Notes: generated from the letters alone by a model not told the origin. Shown: positions 34,714 through 47,628, counted from the stretch's first letter. The stretch is 64,000 nucleotides of DNA from Felis catus (GCF_018350175.1 NC_058381.1:40548001-40612000); one strand, 5' to 3'. Program-made: numbers and translations.

Positions 34714-37700
34714 ATAAACTTTAAAAGAAAATCAAAAAAGAAAAAGAAGCAAGCCACTAAGATAGGGTCTGGTCCCATACCCACCTTGTCATTTAAGAAG
34801 CCAATCTTGAGAATGTTCTCCACGCCAGGAACCCCATCGGCCATAGTGAGGTCCCCCATGGAGTCCCCCAGCAGGAGGATGTTGGTTTTGCCCTGAAGCT
34901 GCTGGAAGTACCCGGAGTTCTCACAAACGGAGCTGTTCTTGTTGTATGTGTGTATGAGCTGGCCCTTGAATCCCTGTAGGAAACCCTAAATAATCAGGAG
35001 ACAGACAGAAGGGCTACAGGGACCCAGCTAGAGCCAGTGTTCCACCGTCTCTGTCGCAGAGAAAGGGGAATCCCGCGAGCCACAGAAATGCCAAAACCTC
35101 GCTGTAGTCTAAACCAGGGGTCGGCAAACTGGGTCCTATAGGCCAGACTGGGCCTATTTTTCTAAATTACGTTTTACTGGCATACAGCCAGGCTCATTCG
35201 TTTCCATCTTGTCTGTGGCTGCTCGTTCTTTCACAGCAGAGTGAATTTACGTTGCGTAAATTTACGTTGTGTAGTTGTGACGGATCATAAAGTCCACCCC
35301 ACCTGGCCTTTTACAAAAAAAGAAGTTGTTACCCCTGATTCCAACGAACAAGGACCACCAAATAGTATTGATCACCTACTCTGGTGGAAGCATGAGACCC
35401 ATGAAACAGGCGCTGTTCAGGCTACATGTGTGCTAACCCCAGCTGCGGGCCACGTCCTCGCCACAGGTTTAAGGGACGAAAATTCCAGCCATTGGTTTTA
35501 AGGGGAAGAAGTCAGAGCAAGGGTGAGTTGGAGCAGCTGACCTCTGGCTCTAGGAAAACAAGTCAAAGTCTAAGCCCTTGAGTACCTAGGATGGCATAGG
35601 ACCTAGGGCAGTGACTTGGGGCCTGGCTGAACCCCGGGGCAGAGAGCTGTCAGCCAAACACCAAAAGGTAGGTCCTTCAGAAGTAACTGTCTCTAGGGGG
35701 CGCCAGGATGGCTCAGTGGCTTAAGCATCCCAACTTCAGCTCAGGTCATGATCTCACGGGTTCGTGGGTTTGGGCCCCGCGTCCGGCTCTGTGCTGACAG
35801 CTAGAGCCTGAAGCCTGCTTCGGGCCCCCCCCCCCCCTTCTCTGCCCCTCCCCAACTTGTGCACGCGCATGCGCGTGCTCTCTTTCTAAAAAATAAACAA
35901 AAACAAAAATAAAGAGGAAATAACGGTCTCTAGCTGGCATAAAGAAAGAAATAACTGCCTGAGGCAAGAAGCCAGCATGCCTTCCCTCCCTTCCCTCCCC
36001 AGGTCAGGGCTAACGTTGCGGGTGCCGCCCCCAGGGCTGGCGGTCCCCATCCCTCTCCATCCCCAGCCTAAAGAAGATCTGGCTCACGTCTTCATCAAAG
36101 TCCATGTAGTTAGACACAATGTGGATGTTGGGGTGGAACACTTTCATCTGTCGGATAATCTCCTCCAGGATATCACCAATGCCCGCAGAAAAGATGAACA
36201 GGGGAATGTTGTTCTGATAGAGGGTGTTGAAGAACGTCTTGTATCCCTCCCTGAAAAGAGATGAATGGATTCCGCCTCTTCCACCAGTCTTTCTTTTCTC
36301 CTTGGGTGATATATTTTTAAGTTTTTTCTTTTTAAAAACATTTTAGATTGCGGCATAAAATACATACAGTAAATGGTTAACATGCACTAATCTTAAGTGT
36401 TCGACTCAACTAATATTTACATATGTATACAGCCGTGTACTTACTAACCAGATCAAGGTTCCCTTGTGTCCCTTCCCAACCAATGCCATCCCCTCTCATT
36501 CTCCCTTCATATCACCGCTGATTAGCTGTGCCTATCCTTGAACTTCATATAAATGGGCTTTTGGTTGGTCGGTTGGTTTCTGCCTTATTTTGTTCCAGCA
36601 AAATACAACCAGGCAGCTCTCTGGGGCAGCTTCATTGAGGAAACACCCCAACCCCACCCAGGCACTTACTGGATCTGCATGTGTCTCTACTCTCTTGGCT
36701 TTTCATGGCTCTCCCCAGTTAGGACACCCAATCCTCGAGAGCAGGCTCTTCCCTCTCTGTGCCCTCACCCCTCCTCCAGTACACGTGCCAGCAGAGAGAG
36801 CTGCACTGGGAAGGCCACTAATGATCAAGCGTCCCAGGCCAGCCAACTCCCATGTCTAGATTAAGAACGCCAGCCACCATGGGGACCCCAGTGTCTTTTT
36901 ACCATTGGAGAAAATGAGCTAGATGCTGTTTGTTCTAGGAGAGCAAGGCTTGGTCATATTCATAATATATCCACTGGCAATAGACAGCTTCCTAGGATGC
37001 ACCCAAGGCGGGAAATCCTTCAGCTGCATCCCGAGAGGAAAAGCAAGACCTTCTTTGCAACAGCCACTCATGGTGCTATGTCTCTTCTGGCTCCCCCAGC
37101 AACTAACTCCCCTCTACTCCTTCCTAGACTCTTTTTTTGGTGAGCAAACCGGTCTCAAATGGTTTCCAGAGCAAGACGCTCACCTCAGCATTGCATTGGA
37201 CTCTCTAACCACCTGGGCGATCTGAAACTTCTGAATCTTCTGCTGGCACAGGAGATCGTGAGCTTTGGTCCACCTAGAAACGGACACCCCACCAAAGACC
37301 AAATTCAAATCACTAAGTAAGTAAAGCGTCCTTTCTCTTTTCAGGGCCAAGTCCCCTTCTGGAAGGATTAAGGGAGGCCTCATCCACCACGCCACTTCCT
37401 GAAGACTCTGGCTGTCCTTAAAAGGAAGAGGGTAAGAAAGCCACACCACAGCCACAGGAACAAGGGTTGGGTGAGCTAACTGCTGAAGTCAGAACTCTTC
37501 TGAATCCCTCCTTCGGTGACCCCCACGTTCTGGGGAACTGGGGCTCCATCCAGCAATACTGGTTCCAATAGGAGAGTTATCTCCCAAAGCACTTATCCCC
37601 GCCCCCCAAACCAAGGGGCTTCTACCTCATTCCAAAGACTCTTAGTGGGGCCCCACTCTAGCAGTGGCCACAGGTCGCCCCACTGTGGCTGGACAGTTTG

Positions 37701-40700
37701 TTCTAATAGGTGGACCAGTCCACCATGAGGGCCAGGAGCGGCTCAACACCATCGTCACTTACCATTCTACCATATGAGGTAACTTCTCTTTGACGGTCCG
37801 GTGTGGGTCAATCTCAATTGGGTAATAGTGGTGAAGGAGCGCTTTGAGCTGGAACATCCCAATGAAGACAAAAGCCGTTAGTCTGCATCAAGTTTTCCCC
37901 AGCAAAGTCCCACCGATTAGCCTGAGAAAAAGAATCGCCTAGAAGACGCAACTCTGTGTAAGGGAGTGACCGATCTGCACAGCTGGTCATCCCATGAGGT
38001 CTAAGAATCAACGAAGACCTTTTGCCATCAGGTGAGAAGTTACTAGGATTTTGTTGTTCTCACTAGCTCAGTCAGCAGGGTTTAACCAGTAAGAAGGGAT
38101 TAATGCTATATTTCCCCAAACGGGATACACTTTCTCAGGGGGGAGGCGAGGTGACTTTAGGGGGTACGTGGATAAACAGTTTTCATTTTAGTAGTTTTAG
38201 ATTCATTCTAGTGCATATTAAGGAAAAAAGAAAAAAAAAAACACCCTAGCACATCAAACTCATGCTTTCACAAAGGTTGTTTCTTTTCTAAGTGAACTGC
38301 ATTCAGATTTTTAATAATAGGCCAATTTAAAGTAAAATATGTAGTAAAAATCACCAAGATATGGCAAAAGTCATGGAAATGGAAGTAGAAAAATCATAGA
38401 AGTCAAGTTTGGGACCCAGTGTGTTAGTGGATAACCAACACAACACCAACATCAGGTGAACCACCTCGCGAGTAGGTACATGTACTTCTTCTTACTAAGA
38501 TTTCCTTCCACAGGCCAGGCACTTTGGCTAGGGAGGCCACGTCGGGAGCCATGTGTCACACAGAGTCCGTCAATAACAGCACCCAATAAAAACGGGAACC
38601 GATTGGGTAAAGGATTTTAATTTTAATACAGGCACAATCTCAGAATATTATGAGAGCTAATGTGGAGTCCCTGACCACAGTTCCAAAAGAGAGTTAAGTA
38701 CAAAGATCACAGACAAGGGGAGAAAGCTCCCGAAATGTATTGAGGTTCTCAATGTGTGCGTTTTTGGGGGTGTGAGAACAGTCTTCTAAAAGCATAAGAG
38801 AATTCAACAGAAGAATAGCATTTTTAAAAAAGAAAAAACATTTCATCCATAAGCTTTGCTTTATGACTTTTTTCAGGAGCTCATCAACACCCAGAATCTT
38901 AGTTTTCCCTAGCCTCATTATCCTAGAGAGGGGACCCAAACCTGCTGTCTTATTTGTGGATACAGCTTTCTGGAAGCTGATAAGATCAGACACATGAGGA
39001 GCCACAAAAAGTGACTTGCTAAAGGTAATCGGTGTGAGAACTTATGTAAAGCTAAAAGTGTATCTCAGAGAGACAGGTTTTAGAAAAGGAAGAGTTATCT
39101 AGAATTTGTTGCCTATCTTAACAGCAAGCAATCACGACGGAGTATTGGAAAAGCTGACCAATATGACAGACCGAAAGACCACTTAGTGTATAACTTAGTG
39201 AATTTCCTAACGAAATGAAGCTAAATGACAGAGTTACTCGGCAGCAAGAGCTCAGCAGAGAAACGCACAGCGGGCCCGCCTCTATTCTTCATATCATCAA
39301 AGAAATAGCACAATGCAGTCAAGTGAGTTTGGGACAGAATCGGATCTATGGGAAAACCAGGCTCTCCATGTCTTTCCATATGACCCTTGAATGACATGCT
39401 TCTCCTTTCCAAGCCTCTGTTTTCAAAAAAAATTTTTTAACGTTTATTCATTTTGAGACAGAGAGAGACAGAGCATGAACGGGGGAGGGTCAGAGAGAGG
39501 GAGACACAGAATCTGAAACGGGCTCCAGGCTCTGAGCTGTCAGCACAGAGCCCGACGCGGGGTTCGAACCCACGGACCGCGAGATCATGACCTGAGCCGA
39601 CGTCGGCCGCTTAACCGACTGAGCCACCCAGGCGCCCCTGTTTTCTCATCTGTTAAATGGAGGTAATAATGGTTCTATCCACCCCTCGGAGTTGCGGGAG
39701 GATTAAATAGAAAATGTTGAAGTCCCTTGTAAACTCCACAGCTAGCAACAGGCATCACATCCATATTCTAACCACCAATCATCACATGTGTTGGACATAA
39801 AGGAAACACTACCCCAGTGTATGACACAAGGTCCACCTGAGCCACCAAGAACCATCTGCAGTAGCACCTGATAGCAGTCTCTGAACAAAGGGGGGTGACG
39901 TACCTCATTCCGGCACTCCTCACTGATGATCTTGCTGTTATCCAGAATGTCTGCAAAAACACAGAACTCCTTTTATTTGCCACTTAGGAGTCACCATCTT
40001 GTTAAGCCCCACAAAGCAAGCTAGTATGTGACTTACTGTAAGAAGAAGGGCATCGCTTTCCGTTATATGCAAACCTGCTCAAGGTCATGTCAAAATCAGA
40101 AATAACCTAAAATGCAAAAGAGAGATGCTGTCTACACAGGCTCCTTCCACTGTCTGGTGGGGGAAGATTATGCAAGGCAAAACAGCTCAGGGCCCAGCCA
40201 GTGGGCAAAGCCCTGCAGGAGCTAGGAAAGGCCAGAGGGGGGAAGGGAGAACTAATCCTAGGTAGTAGCCTGCTAAGCCCGAGGAGGCCCAGCCTCTTGC
40301 TGGAGGCTGACAGGACTCTGACTCTTGCCTTGCCATCTCTATGCCCTGGGTCCTTTCCAAGGTGACCCATCTCCATATCTGCAGCTTCCTGGGGAGCCCT
40401 TTGGCCGGGCTAGTGTGGAAATAAGGCCTCAGGGCCTGGCGCTGGGTGCTTTCGACCTAATTAGAGGAAGCAGCCGCAGGGCATGACTGACACATTTGAA
40501 ATCTAGGTTTTCGGGCAGGTGGGCTCTAACCCAGGGCAAATCGGGCGGGGCAGCCTGCTTGCCCCCCAGGCCGCTGGCCATTTCTAGGGGCTGAGGGCAT
40601 GCAGTGTCCGCCGCAGCGCCGGCAGGCCCCCTGGGCAGGTCACCTCCCCAGCCGCCCCACCTCGCCCCCCCGGGCCGTACCTGTAAGCGGTCTCCCCCGC

Positions 40701-41039
40701 CCCTGCGGAGGGCGCCCACGATCTCCTGCACCCGCCCGGGCTGCCGCATCAGGACCGTGGCCTTCATCAGGGTGCTCACCTGTCCCGAGACCCGAGAGAA
40801 GCGCTGACCCCCGCACCGCGCTGGGCCCAGGGGGAGCCCGGGGCCGGCTCGACAGGCCTGCGAGGCCGGGCGGGGTGCGGGGAGCGGAGGAGGGGCTCGG
40901 CCTGGCCCGCGGCGCCTACTGGCCGGGGTGGCGCGGCGCGGCCCAGGCGGCCCGCTGGGGGCCTCGGAGCGCCCCGGGGGTCGGGGCCCGCCCCACGCCC
41001 CACGCCGGACGCTTCCTCCCGCCTCACCTCCTCTGCCAT
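33523..41039 (-). CDS. NT5C3B: 7-methylguanosine phosphate-specific 5'-nucleotidase (cN-IIIB), HAD family; 300 aa
   Basis: Exons: 41039..41028, 40779..40681, 40106..40037, 39950..39904, 37848..37763, 37273..37184, 36250..36088, 34985..34785, 33657..33523. Total 903 nt. HAD motif I DFDMT in exon 3, SAG in exon 7, GDSMGD in exon 8. Confidence 0.97.
34490..34748 (+). mobile_element. CAN-SINE with expanded (CT)n linker in NT5C3B intron 8
   Basis: SINEC head, (CT)n at about 34663-34710, A tail. Confidence 0.9.
35115..35337 (-). mobile_element. MER58A-like hAT-Charlie DNA transposon
   Basis: Termini CAGGGGTCGGCAAAC ... GTTACCCCTG. Internal CATACAGCCAGGCTCATTCGTTT resembles reverse MER58. Confidence 0.65.
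35696..35912 (+). mobile_element. CAN-SINE in NT5C3B intron 7
   Basis: Full SINEC head, linker and tail. Confidence 0.9.
36330..36580 (-). mobile_element. Old L1 (L1M-type) 3' fragment
   Basis: AAATACATACAGTAAA...AATCTTAAGTG...CCTTGAACTTCATATAAATGG resembles reverse L1M 3' ends. Confidence 0.55.
39432..39638 (-). mobile_element. Young CAN-SINE in NT5C3B intron 4
   Basis: Near-consensus with CpGs retained. TSD ending CTGTTTTC. Confidence 0.92.
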
Positions 41040-41350
41040 GGCGCTCGCTGCCGGGACGACGGCGCCGGGACAACGACCGCCCCGCCGCCGCACTGCGCAG
41101 GCGTCGCCGGCCGCCGGTGGCCGAGGGACCGCGGGCCGAGGGCCGGGCGGCAGGCGGGGCCGGGGGCGGGAGGCGCCCGCGCCGGGGAGCATCCCGGCTG
41201 AGGGCTCTGTGTTGAGGCGGGTGAGGGTCCCAAGAGCTGGGGTTACCGGGTACCACTGCCTAGAGCAAAACCCCTGGCCGGAGAGGTCGTTTCCCGACTT
41301 AAAGTTTGCATGACAAAAAAGCCGCAGGAAAGGAGCGGATCTGAAGGAGC
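40550..41350. promoter_or_regulatory. CpG island and NT5C3B promoter, head-to-head with KLHL10
   Basis: CpG-dense, with a GC box near 41163 and NRF1-like TGCGCAGGCG near 41094. Divergent ATGs at 41039 (-) and 41950 (+). Confidence 0.7.
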
Positions 41351-41949
41351 CATAGAGTGATTTCTGGAAAACATCCAGAAGGTCCTTAACCGGCCCCACT
41401 CCTCATCACAGAAGAAAACGCGCGGCTGACACAAGTCCGCAGGGCAGGAAGGCCCTGGACAGCTGGGCCAGCGTGAACTCTAATCAGCTTTACTCCCTTC
41501 TGCCTCCTCTGACTCGGTTTCCTGGAATTGAGGGTCTGGGGAGACAAGTGCTCAGCAGTGGAAGAGGGCAGCTTGATGCTACACTCATCCAGAACTGGAC
41601 ATCTGAAGTGGGCAACAGGAACTAGAATAAATAAAAACTCTTATATGGTGTGGGTGATCACAGTCCTGTTCTGGATTCAAGGGCTGGGAAGGTGTGGGGT
41701 GGCCTTCAGCCTGAATGGTGGGGGAGGGGAGAAGGAAGGAAGACAGGGACAGGAGAGAGTTCCAGAATCTGAGAGCACAATCCTGAGAGTGAGCTCACTG
41801 CGAGCCCAGGATCCTGGAACTTGGGCTGCCTGATGGGCCCTATATGAAAGATGTAGTAGGGAAAAGGAGCGACAGCAGGCTAAAGGGGCCCCCCACAACC
41901 CTCCCGACACCCTAGGAGAGCAGTCTCTCTCCACTGGTCCCAGGGTGCC

Positions 41950-44900
41950 ATGGAGATGGAGAGCGCGGCGGCCTCCACACGTTTCCACCAGCCTCACATG
42001 GAGAGGAAGATGAGCGCGATGACCTGTGAGATCTTTAACNNNNNNNNNNNNNNNNNNNNNNNNNNNNNNNNNNNNNNNNNNNNNNNNNNNNNNNNNNNNN
42101 NNNNNNNNNNNNNNNNNNNNNNNNNNNNNNNNNNNNNNNNNNNNNNNNNNNNNNNNNNNNNNNNNNNNNNNAGGGGTACTTGGGCTTATTCTGAGACATT
42201 TTGGTTCATTTCATGTTTCCCACCCAACCTGTCACCTTACATGAGGGACACTGTCAAAACCCTGGGCTCCTGTAGCCTGGTTCCTTTGTCTTCCTGTGTC
42301 TCTTCTGAAGAGACACAACTGGGGCTGGGGCCTCTTCTCTCTGGTTTTCAACTGGATTCCAACCAACTATTGGTGGGCCAGGTGCTTTTTTCCCTTTGAT
42401 TCTCACCCTAGCATACCTTTGGGAAGGCAACCATACTGGATTTCCTACTTAAACCTAGAGGACAGTGCCCGTTCAGCTGCCCCGTGTGCCCCTATCCCAG
42501 TAGAGACCATCTCAAACAGGGTGATAAATTAACAAGGATTGAGGAGATGGGAAGGAGGATTCGGGAAAGCATCAAGGAAATATTTACCAGAAGATAAAGG
42601 GAGTTTAGGCCACAACCACTGTCACCCAGGAAATGGCACAGCTATTTTGTTCATGAGCCGAAAATGTTTGAGTAATCAATTCCGATGAACATATGATAAA
42701 TGTGTCCCATCTGTTGCTAAAAATGCTCATTCATCTAGACCTACAACAGGGTCTACAAAAAGACCGGAGAGTGAATATTTTAAGGCTTGCAGGCCATACG
42801 GCCTCTGTCACAATGACTATCCTTTGCCTTTATAGTGGGAGGGCGGCCATAGACAATACTAAATGAAAGAGCATGGCTGTGTTCCAATAAAATTATTTAC
42901 GGACACAGAAATTTGAATTTATTACAATTTCCAGGTGTCACAGAATCTTTGTATTCTGTTCCCCCCATTTAAAAATGTGAAAAACATTCTTAGCTTATGG
43001 GCGGTACAAAAAAAGAGGCGGGTCGAATCTGGCCCAGAGGCTATAGGTTTGTAGACCCCTGCTCTAGAGAAGAATCTGATCCATATTTCTTTAAACCACC
43101 TAGAAAAAGGAAGCAAAAATTTATTAGGGTAGGGACTTCTGTCCGTTCAACAACTTAAAAAGTACCTAGCTATACAGTAGGAGCCCAATAGTTTTGGGAT
43201 CGTAGTCATTTGTTCATTCGATAATTATTTATTGAGTGCTTATTTTGTGACGGGCACTATTCTGGGTACTGGAAATGATGAATAAAGAGAGAAATATTTC
43301 TGTTCTCATGAAGCTTACCTTCTAGTAGGAGGAACAGGCGTTCAATAAATAAAACACAAAGCAGATTAAGTGCTGGGGGAGAAAAGGAAGGTATGGAGGA
43401 GGGTGGTGATTTTAAATAGGATGATCTCTTTGCAGACAAAATGACATTTGAGCAAAGACTTTAAGGGGATGTGGGAGTGAGAAATGAGGTCTGCAGAGGG
43501 GGAGCCTTCCAGGAAGAGGCAACAGCATGTACAAAGGACCAAAAATGAAGCACCTCTGGGTGCATTCAAGGAAAGCAAGGCCAGTGGGACTGGAATGGAA
43601 TAAGGGGGAAGGTGGGAGGAAGTGGCCAGAGGTATTACTGGTCCCGATCTCAGAGGACTTCTGTGCTCCCTGAGAAGCGCTTTGTATAATAATACTCTGA
43701 GCCAGAAGGGACCTCAGTGGGAGGTTCTGAGTGGAAGAGGAACATAAACTCGTAAGGAGGTTGGAGTAGAACTGTAAACTCCGGAGGCATCAACGGCAGA
43801 AGCAGGGGGATCAGTTAGGAGGTTACTCCCAATCATCTAGGTGAGAGACGGTGGTGGCTTGGACCCAGGAGATAGCAGTAAGAGGTGTGATCAGATTCTG
43901 GGTTATGTGTCAATTTAACAGTGCTCATTAAAAAAGCGTGATTGCTCAAGTTTAATTTCCTGAAGGAAGGTAGACTTCAGTTGGGATAGAAGAGACCTAG
44001 GTCTTACTTCCAGGTCTAGAGCCCAATTTTTCCATCCACAAAATGGGGGAAAGTTTTAGTTACCATGAGGAGAAGAAGAGTGACCAAAGTCAAAGTTCTT
44101 GGCAAGGTTCTCTTGCCCACTATATAAAGCACGCACTCTACCCTCCCCTTCCCCTTCTTCGCACCAATTTGTTTCCGGCATACTCACTGTGCACTAGCTG
44201 GGAAATTTCCAAACTCTCAACAAACAAAGGTGGGGGAGAAACTGGAGAGAAATGTTTCAGTGGCTACTAGTTTCTTTCTTCTTTCCAGAGCTTTGTTTAC
44301 AAGTGGCTGGAACAACACTGAAAAGAAGGTATACAACATTCCTGGCATTTCCCCGGACATGATGAAGCTAATCATTGAATATGCATACACCCGGACCATC
44401 CCTATCACGCCGGACAATGTGGAGAAACTGCTGGCTGCTGCAGACCAATTCAACATCATGGGCATTGTTAGGGGTTGCTGTGAGTTCCTCAAGTCGGAGC
44501 TGTGTTTGGAGAACTGTATCGGCATCTGCAAGTTCACAGACTACTACTACTGCCCTGAGCTGAGGCAGAAGGCCTACATGTTCATACTGCACAACTTTGA
44601 GGAGATGGTGAAAGTCTCGGCCGAGTTTTTAGAGCTCTCAGTCAGCGAACTGAAGGATATCATTGAGAAAGACGAGCTCAATGTCAAACAAGAAGACGCT
44701 GTATTTGAGGCCATTTTAAAATGGATTTCTCATGACCCCCAAAACAGGAAGCAGCATATTTCAGTTTTGCTTCCCAAGGTCAAGTTTAGTTATTTTTTTG
44801 TGGGATGCTTACTTGCTCATGTTTGGTTCATTTATCCCGGAGGGACTGTGCAAAGAGCCACGTTCAGATGTTTGGCAGATTCCGGGGCCGTATTTACACA

Positions 44901-47386
44901 CACTTACATAGAAGGCCATCTCCTACTATTCTGCGGAATTGTGCAATTTTCTTTGCTCTTGGCATTGCTAGTTCCTTCTGTTATATTCTTTGACCAAAAT
45001 TCTCCCTGGTAGTGGGGGAAAGAGACGGCAAGGCCTTCAAAAGAATTCTAAAGGGCCTTCTTTTCACCCTTTTTTCTTGTGAGTTTCCCCAAACCCCAGG
45101 CAGAAGTGGGACTAGACACCAAACCACGAGTGTTATACACAATTGTAGCCATCCGGGGCTAATTTGTGTTATTTATACAGAGAAACGTAAATATTCAATG
45201 ACTGAACAATTGCCACAGCCTTTTATGGTCTAATAGTACTGCCCAGTGGCCAAGGAAGGGGCTAGCTCTGTGACCTTCTATCTAGCTCATTGTCAGCATC
45301 CAAATGTATACCACATCTGAAAAACAAATATTTAAAACTGTGAGCTGTAAACACAAAGTAAACACAAGTAAACAAACACAAAGTAAAATAGGACCCTGCT
45401 GCAATTCAAAGGCAGACTGTAAACAGGGAGTTAAGGACATGGGTTTTCCAGGTACCTTCACCTCATCTGACTTTCTGTGTTTCCTTCTCAGGTTCGCCTG
45501 GCCCTAATGCATGCTGAGTACTTCATGAACAATGTTAAGATGAACGACTACGTCAAAGACAGTGAGGAATGCAAGCCAGTCATCATTAATGCCCTAAAGG
45601 CCATGTATGATCTAAACATGAATGGACCCTCCAATTCTGACTTCACCAACCCACTCACCAGGCCCCGCCTGCCCTACGCCANNNNNNNNNNNNNNNNNNN
45701 NNNNNNNNNNNNNNNNNNNNNNNNNNNNNNNNNNNNNNNNNNNNNNNNNNNNNNNNNNNNNNNNNNNNNNNNNNNNNNNNNNNNNNNNNNNNNNNNNNNN
45801 NNNNNNNNNNNNNNNNNNNNNNNNNNNNNNNNNNNNNTTGGGGGGTTTGACAGTGTAGACTATTTCAATAGCGTTAAGCGTTTTGACCCAGTCAAGAAAA
45901 CGTGGCACCAGGTGGCCCCGATGCACTCCCGTCGTTGTTACGTCAGTGTGACAGTCCTCAGCAATTTTATTTATGCCATGGGAGGATTTGACGGCTACGT
46001 GCGTCTCAACACTGCTGAGCGCTATGAACCAGAGACCAACCAGTGGACGCTCATCGCCCCCATGCACGAGCAGAGGAGTGACGCCAGTGCCACCACGCTC
46101 TATGGGAAGGTAAGAATTGGGAGGGGGCAGACCAGGCCCAGAAGTACTTGTTTGGGGGTGGATGGAAAATAGATGTGGCAGCACCCACGCTGCAGTACTG
46201 ACTCCGCAACTAGTGCCCCTTTGTAACTGTCCTTTTAGGTTTTACTCACTAAAAAGCAATACATGCGGGGCGGGACACCTGGGTGGCTCGGTCGGTTAAG
46301 CGTCCAACTTCGGCTCAGGTCACGATGGTCATGATCTCACGGTTCACGGGTTCCGGCCCCACATTGGGCTCTCTTGTCAGTGCAGAGCCCGCTTCAGATC
46401 CTCTGTCCACTGCTCTCCCCCCCCCCCCGCCCCGCCCCTTCCCCTCACACGCGCTCTCAAAATAAACATTCAACGAAAAAAGCGACGCCTGCACACGTGG
46501 GAAAAAGATACTCAGAGTGTACGGACTGGTATCAGAGGGGTCCTTTTGCCACCACCATGCGTACACCCTTTCTTTCTGCTCCCCAGACGTAACGATTTTA
46601 ATAACCATGGGCCCCTCGTCACACAGGTCTACATATGTGGTGGTTTTAATGGAAATGAGTGCCTGTTCACAGCAGAAGTGTACAACACTGAGAGCAATCA
46701 GTGGACAGTCATAGCACCCATGAGAAGCAGGAGGAGTGGGATAGGCGTAATTGCCTACGGAGAACACGTATATGCGGTGAGTTTATCTTGTACCACACAA
46801 AAACGATAGCTCTGGATTTTTTGTTCGCAAATTGGTTTACGCTATTATCGGCCAGCATTTGGAAAGCATTATTTTCCATGGAAAATAATGGAAAGCGGGA
46901 GGTATGAAATCACTGGTCGTCCCCCCCCCCCCCAAGAAGGCCTGAAGGCCTCTTCCTTGGTGAACAGAAGCAATGGCTCACAGTCAACCATGTTTCCCTT
47001 GCCGTCCATAGGTAGGTGGCTTTGACGGAGCAAATCGACTTAGGAGTGCGGAAGCCTACAGCCCAGTAGCTAACACTTGGCGCACGATACCCACTATGTT
47101 TAATCCTCGTAGCAATTTTGGCATCGAGGTGGTAGACGACCTCTTGTTTGTGGTGGGCGGCTTTAACGGCTTTACCACCACCTTTAACGTGGAATGCTAT
47201 GATGAAAAGACAGACGAGTGGTATGACGCCCATGACATGAGCATCTACCGCAGCGCCCTGAGCTGCTGTGTGGTGCCGGGGCTGGCCAACGTCGGGGAAT
47301 ATGCGGCTAGACGGNNNNNNNNNNNNNNNNNNNNNNNNNNNNNNNNNNNNNNNNNNNNNNNNNNNNNNNNNNNNNNNNNNNNNNNN
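41950..47386 (+). CDS. KLHL10: Kelch-like protein 10, testis CUL3 adaptor (BTB-BACK-Kelch); about 608 aa
   Basis: Exons: 41950..~42143 (end in gap), 44289..44778, 45492..46109 (internal gap), 46627..46776, 47012..~47386 (stop in gap, inferred from orthologue length). Starts MEMESAAASTRFHQPHMERKMSAM. Kelch repeats with GG-F/Y-W motifs. Confidence 0.96.
42747..43061 (+). mobile_element. MER58B-like hAT-Charlie DNA transposon
   Basis: TIRs CAGGGTCTACAAA ... TTTGTAGACCCCTG. Internal GCCATAGACAATAC...GGCTGTGTTCCAATAAAA. Confidence 0.75.
43200..43900. mobile_element. L2 remnant in KLHL10 intron 1
   Basis: TTTATTGAGTGCTTA...GACATTTGAGCAAAGAC...GGAAAGCAAGGCCAGTG is typical L2 sequence. Boundaries approximate. 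Confidence 0.6.
46272..46490 (+). mobile_element. CAN-SINE in KLHL10 intron 3
   Basis: SINEC head and tail. Degenerate TSD beginning AAAAAGC. Confidence 0.88.
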
Positions 47387-47622
47387 NNNNNNNNNNNNNN
47401 NNNNNNNNNNNNNNNNNNNNNNNNNNNNNNNNNNNNNNNNNNNNNNNNNNNNNNNNNNNNNNNNNNNNNNNNNNNNNNAAGAGTACTGGAAAATGTTCAA
47501 CTTAAGGGAGCCAAAGGTTGGATGAATGAGGGAGTAAGAGGGAAGGAAGTAAGCATTTGTATCCAACAGTGTATCACTAAAGGGAAAAGTCACACGGTAC
47601 AAACCAGCTCTAAAGAAATATG

Positions 47623-47628
47623 TTTATT
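47623..47628 (-). terminator. Probable distal KLHL11 polyadenylation signal
   Basis: AATAAA on minus, with UGUA elements upstream (plus TACA near 47637, 47703, 47737) and a U/GU-rich downstream element. It marks the end of a 3.9 kb SINE-free AT-rich tract. Confidence 0.55.

Noticed and set aside
40429-41399. 275-aa and 207-aa ORFs over the NT5C3B 5' end
   Set aside because: They contain exon 2 or exon 1 plus unspliced GC-rich intron and promoter sequence, and are explained by NT5C3B splicing.
41950-47478. KLHL10 or P3H4 pseudogenisation
   Set aside because: All visible codons and splice sites are intact. The missing parts are N runs, and the one fully exonic gap keeps frame and length.
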